A stretch of 62,917 nucleotides of DNA, the filler included, from Candidatus Woesearchaeota archaeon (lineage in GTDB: Archaea; Nanobdellota; Nanobdellia; Pacearchaeales; UBA284): NCBI GenBank assembly GCA_964354405.1. It is 6 parts of 6 records of this genome, joined end to end, with 100 filler letters (N's around TTAATTAATTAA, not from the genome) between each part and the next. Parts side by side here need not be neighbours in the genome. Positions count along the whole stretch, not along the records: positions 36,552 to 44,757 come from CAYGZP010000008.1; positions 44,858 to 52,883 come from CAYGZP010000009.1; 4 more parts are not named here. One strand, written 5' to 3'. The notes beneath the pieces were generated by a model, which did not search any database, was not told where the DNA came from, and saw only the letters and a program-made list of their open reading frames with translations. How positions within the stretch are numbered: the first letter of the stretch is position 1; each line of letters opens with the position of its first letter. A program made the position numbers and the translations under genes. Positions 39,891-49,078 of this stretch are shown piece after piece.

Positions 39891-40544
39891 ATGGAGTCTC
39901 AAGTCATATCGAAGAAAAGGGTCGCGGACCATGGCGAGGTGTTGACCGGACAACGCGAGGTCAACGCCATGCTTGATCTGGTGAAGCAGGAGACGGACCG
40001 GATCGAGTCGCGCTTCCTGGAGCCAGCTTGCGGCAACGGGAACTTCCTCACCGCCATTCTGGAACGGAAACTCGGCGTCGTGGAAAAGCGGTACGGAAAG
40101 TCGCAACTCGAATTTGAACGCTACGCCGTGCTTGCGGTTTCCAGTCTCTACGGCATAGACATTCTGGCTGACAACGTCTCGCAATGCAGAGAGCGGCTCT
40201 TCACGGTCTTCGATGCCGCGTACGAACGGCTCTTCCCCCATTCCTCCAAAGCCGGTTGCCGGGACGCGGTCCGCTTCATCCTCGCCCGTAACATCGTATG
40301 GGGCGACGCGCTGACCCTCAAGACGGTAGGAGAGAAACCTGGCTTCATCGTTTTCTCTGAGTGGTCACCGGTAAACGGCAGCATGTTGAAGCGGCGGGAC
40401 TTCACGTTTCACGGCCTGTTGGCGCACGAGGGCATAAAGCAATTGCCGCTCTTCTCCGATCTTGGCGAAGACGTGTTCATCCCCACGCCAGAGAAGGAAT
40501 ATCCCCCGGTTCGTTTCCTGGAGATCGCCCATGCCCAACAGTAG
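39891..40544 (+). CDS. Cassette 5 gene 1: SAM-binding methyltransferase-like subunit lacking NPPY
   Basis: RV..HGEV.T, FLEPACGNGNF, YGIDI..DN, GDAL. Confidence 0.8.
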   Translation: MESQVISKKRVADHGEVLTGQREVNAMLDLVKQETDRIESRFLEPACGNGNFLTAILERKLGVVEKRYGKSQLEFERYAVLAVSSLYGIDILADNVSQCRERLFTVFDAAYERLFPHSSKAGCRDAVRFILARNIVWGDALTLKTVGEKPGFIVFSEWSPVNGSMLKRRDFTFHGLLAHEGIKQLPLFSDLGEDVFIPTPEKEYPPVRFLEIAHAQQ

Positions 40545-42045
40545 CGGCTACAACCCCGACGTGCTCTCCTGCATCGCGAACCTGAGCAGCGACGAGGTCT
40601 TCACTCCGCCGCAACTTGTGAACCGCATTCTTGACCTGCTTCCGGCGGAACTCTGGACCGACAAGAAGGCGACATTCCTCGATCCGGGCTGCAAGTCAGG
40701 CGTCATTTTGCGCGAGATCGCCAAGCGGCTGGACAAGGGACTGGAAGCACAAATCCCCAGCCGGCAGAAGCGAATCAACCACATCTTCAGGAACCAACTC
40801 TACGGACTCGCCATCACGGAACTGACGGCCTTGCTGTCGCGCCGGTCCGTCTACTGCTCCAAGACCGCCAATGGCAAGTATTCCGTCTGCGAATCCTTCA
40901 ACAATCCCGACGGCAACATCCGTTTCGGGCGAGTTGAACACGTCTGGAAGAACGGTTGCTGCGTGTACTGCGGGGCCAGTAAGGATGCCTACGACCGCGG
41001 CCCTGAATTGGAGACCCATGCCTATCAGTTTCTTCACGCTGAAAGACCGGAGGAGCTATTCAACATGAAATTCGATGTCATTATCAGCAACCCGCCGTAT
41101 CAAATGGGCGCAGCCGGAAGCACCCGCGACATTCCCATCTATAACCAGTTCGTGGACCAAGCGAAGAAACTGAAACCGCGGTTCCTGTCTATGATCATCC
41201 CGTCGCGTTGGATGGCCGGTGGACTGGGACTGTCGGAGTTCCGCCGGACCATGCTGAAAGACCGACGAATCCGAAAACTGGTGGACTACGAGCGCATGGA
41301 GGATGTCTTCCCCGGCGTCGATTTCGAGGGTGGGGTCTGCTACTTCCTTTGGGAGCGGGACTCAGAAGGCCAGTGCGCTGTCACAACGGTGCGGGGCGAC
41401 GAAGTCATCGGACCATTCAACAGGGATCTGGGAGAGTACGATGTTTTCGTTCGCGACATTAGGGCGGTTGGAATACTGAAGAAGATACTCTCGGCAAACG
41501 AACCGAGTCTTTCAGCGGTTCTCTCAGCCAGGACTGCGTTCGGAATCGTGTCCAACTTCTCAGGTTACCGGGACAAGCAGCGGCCCGGCGATGTTCGTTA
41601 CTATGCCACAAGTCCTCGCGGTCGTGTGACGGCCTGGATTGCAAGGGGCGAGGCGAAGATCAACCACGAGTCGATCGCACGATGGAAGGCGATGGTGCCC
41701 GCCGCGTACGGTGAGCGCGGCTCTCGTCCCGCAATGGTGCTTGGGCCTAGCTTCGTAGCGTCAAATCCATCGGTCTGCACGCAGTCATTCCTTTTCGTGT
41801 GTACTGAATCACGAAAGCAAGCAGACAGCGTCGCGAGTTACTACCGTACCCGGTTCCTGCGATTTCTGGTTTCACTGCGGAAGATCACTCAGCATACGAC
41901 GCGTGAATCGTATCTGTGGGTTCCGCAACAGTCCTGGGACCGCAAATGGACCGATGAAACCCTCTACAAGAAGTATGGCCTGACCAAAGACGATATCGCG
42001 TATATCGAATCCATGATTCGCCCAATGGAGTCGAGCGATGAGTAA
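40531..42045 (+). CDS. Cassette 5 gene 2: Eco57I-like N6-adenine DNA methyltransferase
   Basis: DEVFTPP, FLDPGCKSG, FDVIISNPPY, IIPSRW..GG.GL. Confidence 0.9.
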   Translation: MPNSSGYNPDVLSCIANLSSDEVFTPPQLVNRILDLLPAELWTDKKATFLDPGCKSGVILREIAKRLDKGLEAQIPSRQKRINHIFRNQLYGLAITELTALLSRRSVYCSKTANGKYSVCESFNNPDGNIRFGRVEHVWKNGCCVYCGASKDAYDRGPELETHAYQFLHAERPEELFNMKFDVIISNPPYQMGAAGSTRDIPIYNQFVDQAKKLKPRFLSMIIPSRWMAGGLGLSEFRRTMLKDRRIRKLVDYERMEDVFPGVDFEGGVCYFLWERDSEGQCAVTTVRGDEVIGPFNRDLGEYDVFVRDIRAVGILKKILSANEPSLSAVLSARTAFGIVSNFSGYRDKQRPGDVRYYATSPRGRVTAWIARGEAKINHESIARWKAMVPAAYGERGSRPAMVLGPSFVASNPSVCTQSFLFVCTESRKQADSVASYYRTRFLRFLVSLRKITQHTTRESYLWVPQQSWDRKWTDETLYKKYGLTKDDIAYIESMIRPMESSDE

Positions 42046-44572
42046 CGACTTCTTCCCGCCGCGCCCTGCATCGCGGCCGACGGTCTACGCCTACGAGGAC
42101 ACGAACCCGCAGTACGCGGGTCTACTCAAGGTCGGCTACACGACCGTGGACGCGCAAGGCCGCGTTGCCCAGCAGTACCCGACGAAGAAGCCCGGCAAGC
42201 CGCCGTACCGGATCATGATCGAGGAATCCGCCATGCGCAGTGACGGCACGGTGTTCACGGACCGCGACGTACACCGGATGCTGCGGATCAACGGCGTCAA
42301 GAATCCCGAGGGCGAGTGGTTCCGTTGCACGGTGGATCAAGTCAAGGCGGCCATCATCGCCGTGCGGACCGGGCAACTGAACGAGGAGAATCGGTCGCTG
42401 GATTTCAAGATGCGGCCAGAGCAGGAAGCGGCGGTGGAGAAGACGGCGGCGTACTTCGCCAGTTGGCGAAAGGAAAAGGGCAACCGGAACAAACCGCCGC
42501 ACTTTCTCTGGAATGCCAAGATGCGTTTCGGAAAGACGTTTGCGTCCTACCAGTTGGCGAAGAAGATGGGCTGGCGGAAGGTACTTGTCCTGACATTCAA
42601 GCCGGCGGTGCAGAGCGCCTGGGAAGAAGACTTGAAGTGCCATGTGGACTTCAAGGGCTGGCAGTTCATCAAACCCGGCGGCCTGACTTACGATGAGGCG
42701 GACAAGAAGCGACCGTTCGTCTGCTTCGGGTCGTTTCAAGACTACCTGGGCCGCAACCCCAGCACCGGCGGCATCAAGACAAAGAACGAATGGGTCCACT
42801 CGACGCACTGGGATTGCGTCATTCTGGACGAGTACCACTACGGCGCATGGCGGGAGAACGCAAAGGAACTGTTTGAGTCCGAAGACGAGAAGGAACGCAC
42901 CTTTGCTGAGGGTGAGGGCATCGAGGATTTCGACGAAGACATTATGCCCATCACCACGGACGGCTATCTCTACCTGTCGGGCACACCGTTCCGGGCTATC
43001 GCATCCGGCGAGTTCATCGAAGAGCAAATCTTCAACTGGACGTATTCCGACGAACAGCGCTCGAAGCGGGACTGGAAGGGCCCCGGCAACCCGTACGCCG
43101 CGTTGCCCCGGATGGTGCTGCTGACCTACCAACTCCCGGACGCGATCCGCGAAATCGCCATGCAGGGCGAGTTCAACGAGTTCGACTTGAATGTCTTCTT
43201 CTCCGCCGAGGGTGTCGGCGTTCTCGCGCAGTTCAAATACGAGGACGAGGTCCAGAAATGGCTGGACCTGATTCGTGGCGCGTTTACGCCGACCAGCGTT
43301 GACAGTCTGAAACTCGGCGCGCAGAAACCGCCCATGCCGTTTTCGGATGTGCGGCTTCTGGGCGTGCTATCGCATTCCTTCTGGTTCCTGCCGAGTGTGG
43401 CGGCCTGTCACGCCATGCGCAATCTGCTCGCGAAGAAACAGAACCGGTTCTACCACGACTACAAGATCATCGTGGCGGCGGGGAGCGCTGCCGGAATCGG
43501 TGTGGCGGCCTTGCCCCCGGTCCAGGAGGCAATGGACGACCCGCTCACCACGAAGACCATCACCCTGTCTTGCGGCAAGCTGACCACGGGCGTGACGGTA
43601 AAGCCGTGGACGGGCATCCTCATGCTGCGCAACTCATCAAGCCCGGAAACGTATTTTCAGGCGGCCTTCCGCGTGCAGTCGCCGTGGACGGTGCGCAACC
43701 CAGACGGCGCGTCCCCGAACGTCGAGCAGATCATCAAGGAAGAGTGCTACGTCTTCGACTTCGCCCCGGACCGGGCCTTGCGGCAGATTGCCGACTACAG
43801 TTGCCGATTGAACGTCAACGAAGCCAACCCGGAGAAGAAGGTCGAGGAGTTCATCAGTTTCCTGCCGGTTCTGGCCTATGACGGCAGTTCCATGAAGCAG
43901 ATTGACGCCGCCGGCATTCTCGACATGGCAATGAGTGGCACGACGGCAACCCTGCTGGCGCGGCGGTGGGAAAGCGCCCTGCTGGTGAATGTGGACAACG
44001 ACACCTTGCGTCGCCTCATGGGCGACAAGAAGGCGATGGAAGCCCTCATGAGCATCGAGGGTTTCCGCAATCTCAATCAGGACATCGAGACGATCATCAA
44101 CAAATCGGAAGCCGTGAAGAAGGCCCGCAAGGAAGCGAACGACGAGGAACTGTCCGCAAAAGAGAGGAAGGAACTGACCGAAGAGGAAAAGGAGTTCAAG
44201 AGCAAGCGCAGGGAGATTCAGGAGAAGCTCATCAAGTTCGCCACGCGCGTTCCCATCTTCATGTACCTGACCGACTACCGCGAACGCACTCTGAGGGACG
44301 TGATTACCAAACTGGAGCCGGGCCTGTTCAAGAGGGTCACAGGTCTGAGCGTCAAGGACTTCGAGTTGCTGGTCAGCCTGGGGGTTTTCAACAGTGCTTT
44401 GATGAATGACGCCGTGTACAAGTTCAAGCGTTACGAGGACGCGAGTCTGAGCTACACCGGGATCAATAAACACGAGGGCGAGGACATCGGCCTGTACGAC
44501 ACCGTGATTACCCGCACGGATGCCCAGAAAGTGTTCGAGAATGTCCCTGCGGGCGCCGGATATGGGAAATGA
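42038..44572 (+). CDS. Cassette 5 gene 3: GIY-YIG (T5orf172-like) nuclease fused to an SF2 helicase (restriction subunit)
   Basis: YAY...LLKVGYT...R, EWF; AKMRFGKT, DEYH, SGTP, Q..FR. Confidence 0.85.
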   Translation: MSNDFFPPRPASRPTVYAYEDTNPQYAGLLKVGYTTVDAQGRVAQQYPTKKPGKPPYRIMIEESAMRSDGTVFTDRDVHRMLRINGVKNPEGEWFRCTVDQVKAAIIAVRTGQLNEENRSLDFKMRPEQEAAVEKTAAYFASWRKEKGNRNKPPHFLWNAKMRFGKTFASYQLAKKMGWRKVLVLTFKPAVQSAWEEDLKCHVDFKGWQFIKPGGLTYDEADKKRPFVCFGSFQDYLGRNPSTGGIKTKNEWVHSTHWDCVILDEYHYGAWRENAKELFESEDEKERTFAEGEGIEDFDEDIMPITTDGYLYLSGTPFRAIASGEFIEEQIFNWTYSDEQRSKRDWKGPGNPYAALPRMVLLTYQLPDAIREIAMQGEFNEFDLNVFFSAEGVGVLAQFKYEDEVQKWLDLIRGAFTPTSVDSLKLGAQKPPMPFSDVRLLGVLSHSFWFLPSVAACHAMRNLLAKKQNRFYHDYKIIVAAGSAAGIGVAALPPVQEAMDDPLTTKTITLSCGKLTTGVTVKPWTGILMLRNSSSPETYFQAAFRVQSPWTVRNPDGASPNVEQIIKEECYVFDFAPDRALRQIADYSCRLNVNEANPEKKVEEFISFLPVLAYDGSSMKQIDAAGILDMAMSGTTATLLARRWESALLVNVDNDTLRRLMGDKKAMEALMSIEGFRNLNQDIETIINKSEAVKKARKEANDEELSAKERKELTEEEKEFKSKRREIQEKLIKFATRVPIFMYLTDYRERTLRDVITKLEPGLFKRVTGLSVKDFELLVSLGVFNSALMNDAVYKFKRYEDASLSYTGINKHEGEDIGLYDTVITRTDAQKVFENVPAGAGYGK

Positions 44573-44579
44573 AAGAAAG

Positions 44580-44639
44580 GGCTAACAATCGCTTGCGGCG
44601 GACGCGGACGAGCCGCGCCGCTGAAGCGTGACGTTAGAC
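44580..44639 (+). other. attC site 5
   Basis: GGCTAAC, CGCTTGCGGCGG/CCGCTGAAGCG arms, GTTAGAC. Confidence 0.88.
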
Positions 44640-44684
44640 GAGCAACCAACGCCAAGTGAAGTGTGGAAGCAGTATGACCCTTCT

Positions 44685-44757
44685 TATTCTTCGATAACGA
44701 TGTCCTCGTAGGTCGTGGCCAGCTTGACCTCGGGCTTGCCGACGGCGTCCGCGAACG
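44685..44757 (-). CDS. 3' end of a GC-rich gene convergent on the array (truncated by gap)
   Basis: ...FADAVGKPEVKLATTYEDIVIEE* with G/C-ending codons. Confidence 0.5.
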
Positions 44758-44857
44758 NNNNNNNNNNNNNNNNNNNNNNNNNNNNNNNNNNNNNNNNNNN
44801 NTTAATTAATTAANNNNNNNNNNNNNNNNNNNNNNNNNNNNNNNNNNNNNNNNNNNN

Positions 44858-45859
44858 CCGATAATCAACTCGCACAAGACAGGAAAAATAACTGACAAGA
44901 CAAAAGATATTTTTATTGAGTGTTCTGGCTTCGACTTCTCGGCCCTCAAGAAAACCCTGAATATAATTGTAACAATGTTCAGCGACATGGGCGGGGAGAT
45001 TTATCAGATGAAACTAACTTATGGCTTGAAGCGCGAGATAACCCCTGACTTGGAGCCTGAGAAAATAAAAATCAATTTTGGAAATATAAACAAATTATTA
45101 GGATTGCAGCTAAATGAAAAAGATGTCAAGAATCTTTTGGAGAGGATGGGCTATGATTACAAGAATCCAGAGGTTTCTATTCCAGCATATCGTGCAGATG
45201 TCTTGCATGAAGTCGACATCGCAGAAGACATCGCGATAGCTTATGGCTATGATAAATTTATCCCGGAGATTCCTGAAATCTCCACTATAGGAGAAGCTGA
45301 CAAGAAAGAGATGATTAAGGAGAAAATCGCAAATGTTCTTTGCGGATTGGGTTTTCTTGAGATTTCTTCATATCACTTGTTGATGAAAGATGATTTGAAA
45401 GGAATTAATTGTAAAAACACAATAGAAGTAGAAAAAAGCAAGACAGATTATAAGGTTCTGCGAAGCAACCTGTTGTGTTCGATGTTAAACACCTTGGCAA
45501 GCAATGTTGATTCCGAGTATCCGCAGAAATTATTTGAAATTGGAGCAGTTTTCGAAAAAAACGACAAGAAAGAAACTGGAATAGATGAACATGAGAAACT
45601 GATTGTTGCGTTGTCTCCTGGAAATTTTACTGAGATGCAACAAGTCGCAGAGTATTTTGGAAAAATGCTTAATGTGAGTATAAAGTTTGAGGGAACAACT
45701 GTACAGAATTTTATTGAAGGCAGAGTTGCCCGAGTGATGTTAAATGAAAAAGAAGTAGGAGTGATAGGAGAGATTCATCCTTCTGTGTTGAAACAATGGC
45801 ATTTGAAGATGCCTCTCGCGCTATTAGAGATTGATTTGAAAGAAATTCTTCAAAAATAA
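44858..45859 (+). CDS. pheT: Phenylalanine--tRNA ligase beta subunit (5' truncated)
   Basis: PIINS..TG, IPAYRADVLHEVDIAEDIAIAYGY, G.IGEIHP. Confidence 0.93.
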   Translation, partial: PIINSHKTGKITDKTKDIFIECSGFDFSALKKTLNIIVTMFSDMGGEIYQMKLTYGLKREITPDLEPEKIKINFGNINKLLGLQLNEKDVKNLLERMGYDYKNPEVSIPAYRADVLHEVDIAEDIAIAYGYDKFIPEIPEISTIGEADKKEMIKEKIANVLCGLGFLEISSYHLLMKDDLKGINCKNTIEVEKSKTDYKVLRSNLLCSMLNTLASNVDSEYPQKLFEIGAVFEKNDKKETGIDEHEKLIVALSPGNFTEMQQVAEYFGKMLNVSIKFEGTTVQNFIEGRVARVMLNEKEVGVIGEIHPSVLKQWHLKMPLALLEIDLKEILQK

Positions 45860-45891
45860 TTCTTCAGAAATAGTAAATCTATTTATCTAAA

Positions 45892-46374
45892 TTATCCAAA
45901 GTAGCTTTTGCCTTTCTTCTCACTTACCTTTTCCTGGACTTTCAGTATCGCTGTTGTGACTTCTTCTAACTCTGGCTTAATCTCCTGCCATTTTTTTAGA
46001 ACTCGCAAGATTGACTGCGCTTCCTTGGCTTCATTGTAGCTTATGTCTCTGTTTACTGCTGCAAGTTCAAGTTCAACTAACTCCTTATATGTTCTTTCTA
46101 TTATCTCTTTTTCCTTGCTTGTCAAATTCTTGAGCGATATCAAAACAAATACTGGAGCTGCCTGAGGATTCACAAACAACTCGAAGAATCTTAAGAACGC
46201 GGCAACTTTATCTGAGATTGCTCTCCTTATCTCGCGCAAAAGAAAATCAGTCTCTCTTTCTTGAATTTTTTCTATCTCGAACTCTTCATTTAGCTTTGAG
46301 AATTCAGGAAGCTTATATTTCTTCTTGAGGGGCTCGTATTGTTTCTTGATTTTTTCTAGAGTGTTCTCGGACAT
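45892..46374 (-). CDS. Conserved hypothetical protein
   Basis: KYKLP.F..LNEEFEIE...LLREIRR, ends YFG. Confidence 0.65.
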   Translation of the reverse strand: MSENTLEKIKKQYEPLKKKYKLPEFSKLNEEFEIEKIQERETDFLLREIRRAISDKVAAFLRFFELFVNPQAAPVFVLISLKNLTSKEKEIIERTYKELVELELAAVNRDISYNEAKEAQSILRVLKKWQEIKPELEEVTTAILKVQEKVSEKKGKSYFG

Positions 46375-46492
46375 CTTTTTAATGATAAGCAAGAGAAGCC
46401 GGGACTTTTAAAGATTTTGATGCTGAGAAAGATATTTTTCTTAATGACTTATTGACTTTGGGAAATAAATTATTTATGAGATAAAAAGTGAA

Positions 46493-46565
46493 AGCCTCGG
46501 GCGGGAATTGAACCCGCGACCTTGTCCTTACCAAGGACACGCTCTACCGACTGAGCCACCGAGGC
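46493..46565 (-). tRNA. tRNA-Thr(GGT)
   Basis: GCCTCGG/CCGAGGC acceptor, TGTCC-TTGGTAA-GGACA arm. Confidence 0.95.
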
Positions 46566-46615
46566 ACCCATATAAAGCAAAACTTTTAATATCTTATAAA
46601 TTTTTTTATATTGGC

Positions 46616-46688
46616 AGCCCTGTAGTCTAGCGGTCAAGGATCTTTGGCTCTGGCCCAGAGGACCTCGGTTCGAATCCGAGCAGGGCTA
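46616..46688 (+). tRNA. tRNA-Gln(CTG)
   Basis: AGCCCTG/CAGGGCT acceptor (A1-U72), TTTGG-CTCTGGC-CCAGA arm. Confidence 0.93.
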
Positions 46689-46691
46689 TAT

Positions 46692-46764
46692 GCTCCCGTG
46701 GTGTAGAGGCCAAGCATCAAGCCCTCTCGCGGCTTGGACACGGGTTCGAATCCCGTCGGGAGCA
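46692..46764 (+). tRNA. tRNA-Glu(CTC)
   Basis: GCTCCCG/CGGGAGC acceptor, AAGCC-CTCTCGC-GGCTT arm. Confidence 0.93.
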
Positions 46765-46835
46765 TTTTATTTTTAATTATCATCAAAAACTCGGAAAAAA
46801 GAAAAGAATAAAAGTGAGGGAATATTGAAAGAAAT

Positions 46836-48281
46836 ATGGTACTGATAGATTATAAAAAAATAGGGTTGAAAAGCGGAGTTGAGATTCATCAGCAGCTTGA
46901 TACTAACAAGTTGTTCTGCGGGTGCCCTTCGCTTTTACGGAATGACGAGCCAGATGTTATCGTCAAAAGGCACTTGTATGCGCCAGCTGGCGAGACAGGA
47001 AAGGTTGACATAGCAGCAGCTTACGAACAAAGCAAAAAGAAAACTTATGTTTATCAGGCTTATAGTGACTCGACATGTTTGTTAGAGCTCGATGAAGAGC
47101 CTCCGCATCAGATTAATCAAGAGGCTTTAAGAATTGCGTTACAAATTTCGCTTCTCTTGAATGCCCAACCTCTTGCAGTAACTCAGGTAATGAGAAAAAC
47201 AGTTGTTGACGGAAGCAACACGAGCGGATTTCAAAGAACTATGCTCATCGCGACAGATGGTTTTGTCGAGGTCAATGGAAAAAAGATTGGAATCCAGAGC
47301 ATATGTTTGGAAGAAGATGCTGCGCGTATCATTAAACAGGGCGATAGTGAGAATATTTTCAGATTAGACAGATTAGGCATCCCTCTTATCGAGATTGCTA
47401 CTGCTCCTGACATAGCAAGTCCAGATGAAGCAAAGCAAGTTGCACTAAAGCTCGGAGAAATTCTTCGTTCATGCAAAGTCAAAAGGGGAATTGGAACAAT
47501 CAGGCAAGATGTCAACATGTCAATTCAAGGGGGCTCGAGGGTTGAGATAAAAGGTGTTCAGGAGCCTGCGCTCATCGCAAAAACAATTGAGACAGAAATC
47601 GAGAGGCAACTCATGATCTTAAAACAAAAAAAGAAACACGAGCCTGAAGTGCGCAGGGCAGAAGTTGATGGAAACACAACATTCTTGAGGCCATTGCCTG
47701 GAGCTGCTCGAATGTATCCTGAGACAGACATTCCTCTTGTAAGGATTTCTAAAGAAATGATTAATGATATCAAGAAAAATCTGCCGAGATTGAAACATGA
47801 GCTTAAAGCAGAGTTAGAGGAGAAAATGCACAGCGAGCTTGCAAGTGCATTATTAAAAGAAAACAAGCTTGAAGATTATAAAGTTCTTATCGGAGTTTAC
47901 AATAATTCGGGCACAATCGCGAAGATGCTTACATTGTGGCCTAAAGAGATATCAAGTCATGAAAAAATTAATATTGATAAAGTGAACAAGAAATTAAACA
48001 TTGATGTTTTAGAGATTATTGCCGAGCATCTCGAGCAAGGCAAGATTGACGAGAGCCATGTAAAGAAGATAATGTCGGATGTTGTTAAAGGTGCGAATAT
48101 TGAAGAGGCTTTGAAAGTTGAGAAAGCGGATTTGGGCGATGTTGAAGGAGAGGTTAAAAAACTCATCAAGGAAAAACCCGGATTGAGTGTCAATGCTTAT
48201 ATGGGGGTTATCATGCAGAAACATAAAGGTAACATTAATGCTGTGAAAGTAATCGAGATAATCAAAAGACATTTAAGCTAA
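46836..48281 (+). CDS. gatE: Glu-tRNA(Gln) amidotransferase subunit E
   Basis: G.EIHQQL.T.KLFC, MRKTVVDGSNTSGFQRT, RPLPGAARMYPETD. Confidence 0.93.
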   Translation: MVLIDYKKIGLKSGVEIHQQLDTNKLFCGCPSLLRNDEPDVIVKRHLYAPAGETGKVDIAAAYEQSKKKTYVYQAYSDSTCLLELDEEPPHQINQEALRIALQISLLLNAQPLAVTQVMRKTVVDGSNTSGFQRTMLIATDGFVEVNGKKIGIQSICLEEDAARIIKQGDSENIFRLDRLGIPLIEIATAPDIASPDEAKQVALKLGEILRSCKVKRGIGTIRQDVNMSIQGGSRVEIKGVQEPALIAKTIETEIERQLMILKQKKKHEPEVRRAEVDGNTTFLRPLPGAARMYPETDIPLVRISKEMINDIKKNLPRLKHELKAELEEKMHSELASALLKENKLEDYKVLIGVYNNSGTIAKMLTLWPKEISSHEKINIDKVNKKLNIDVLEIIAEHLEQGKIDESHVKKIMSDVVKGANIEEALKVEKADLGDVEGEVKKLIKEKPGLSVNAYMGVIMQKHKGNINAVKVIEIIKRHLS

Positions 48282-48317
48282 TATTTATTATTTTATAAAA
48301 GATAAGAAGAGGTGAAA

Positions 48318-49028
48318 ATGGCGAAAGCAAAGAAAAAAGAGGTTAGTCATACAAAGAAAACTATTTTGGAAAAGTCAAAGTTCAAGCTTTCACCTTATCT
48401 TCAAGAGATAATCAAGGCAGCGTGGGTTCATAATGAGATGCTTTATGTCATATGCTTAAACAAACATATCACAGCACTTACAAATCATTTTTCTAAAACT
48501 TATAAGATACCAAAAGATAAAGTGCGGGTGGGTTCGATTGAAGATTTGATAAAGGAGATCATACAGCACAATACAAGAGTTTTGATAAGTGTAAGAGATG
48601 GCCGCGTTATCTATGATCCTTACAAATTAATCAACTCGCTCAAGATTAACATAAATAGGGGCTTGATGACAGGAACTAAAGAAGCTATTCTCAGGAAGTT
48701 TTTGCTGATTAAAGATTATATCAAGGAGATTGAGAATACAAAAATAAGAGTTCTGGATAATCTTTACACCTCGACTATCGAGGCTGCGCAAACAGCCCTG
48801 ATTTTGAGAGGGCGCGCGATTATCATTCCAAAATTTATCCCTGAAATGCTAAAAGAACATCTGCTCGGGAAAGGTTTAGAGAAAACCCAAGTAAATTATG
48901 CAACTGAAATAATCCAAATCTTCAAAGATTTTGAACACAAGAAAATAGAAATCCCCGAAGGCAAGAAACTTGATGATTTGGCGAGGAAGACAGAACTTTT
49001 CCGAGAAGCTGTTAAAAAATTAAGGTGA
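48318..49028 (+). CDS. Degenerate nucleotidyltransferase-like/HEPN-like protein
   Basis: VRDG.VIYDP, AAQ.AL helical C-terminal; lacks GS-DxD; resembles the next gene. Confidence 0.45.
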   Translation: MAKAKKKEVSHTKKTILEKSKFKLSPYLQEIIKAAWVHNEMLYVICLNKHITALTNHFSKTYKIPKDKVRVGSIEDLIKEIIQHNTRVLISVRDGRVIYDPYKLINSLKININRGLMTGTKEAILRKFLLIKDYIKEIENTKIRVLDNLYTSTIEAAQTALILRGRAIIIPKFIPEMLKEHLLGKGLEKTQVNYATEIIQIFKDFEHKKIEIPEGKKLDDLARKTELFREAVKKLR

Positions 49029-49030
49029 AG

Positions 49031-49060
49031 TAAATCTTTTAGAAAAAGATTTTATCAAAA
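49031..49060 (+). repeat. Dispersed 30-bp intergenic hairpin element, copy 3
   Basis: TAAATCTTTTAGAAAAAGATTTTATCAAAA. Confidence 0.75.
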
Positions 49061-49078
49061 TAAAATAAAAAATAAAAA

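Noticed and set aside
42122..44473. Long antisense ORFs (336 aa and 278 aa) opposite the helicase gene
   Set aside because: Expected mirror frames in GC-rich coding DNA; no motifs
37933..44639. Spaced palindromic repeats as a possible CRISPR array or REP elements
   Set aside because: Spacers are gene-sized and repeats are divergent with RYYYAAC/GTTRRRY cores, which fits attC; no CRISPR array or cas gene was seen in the window
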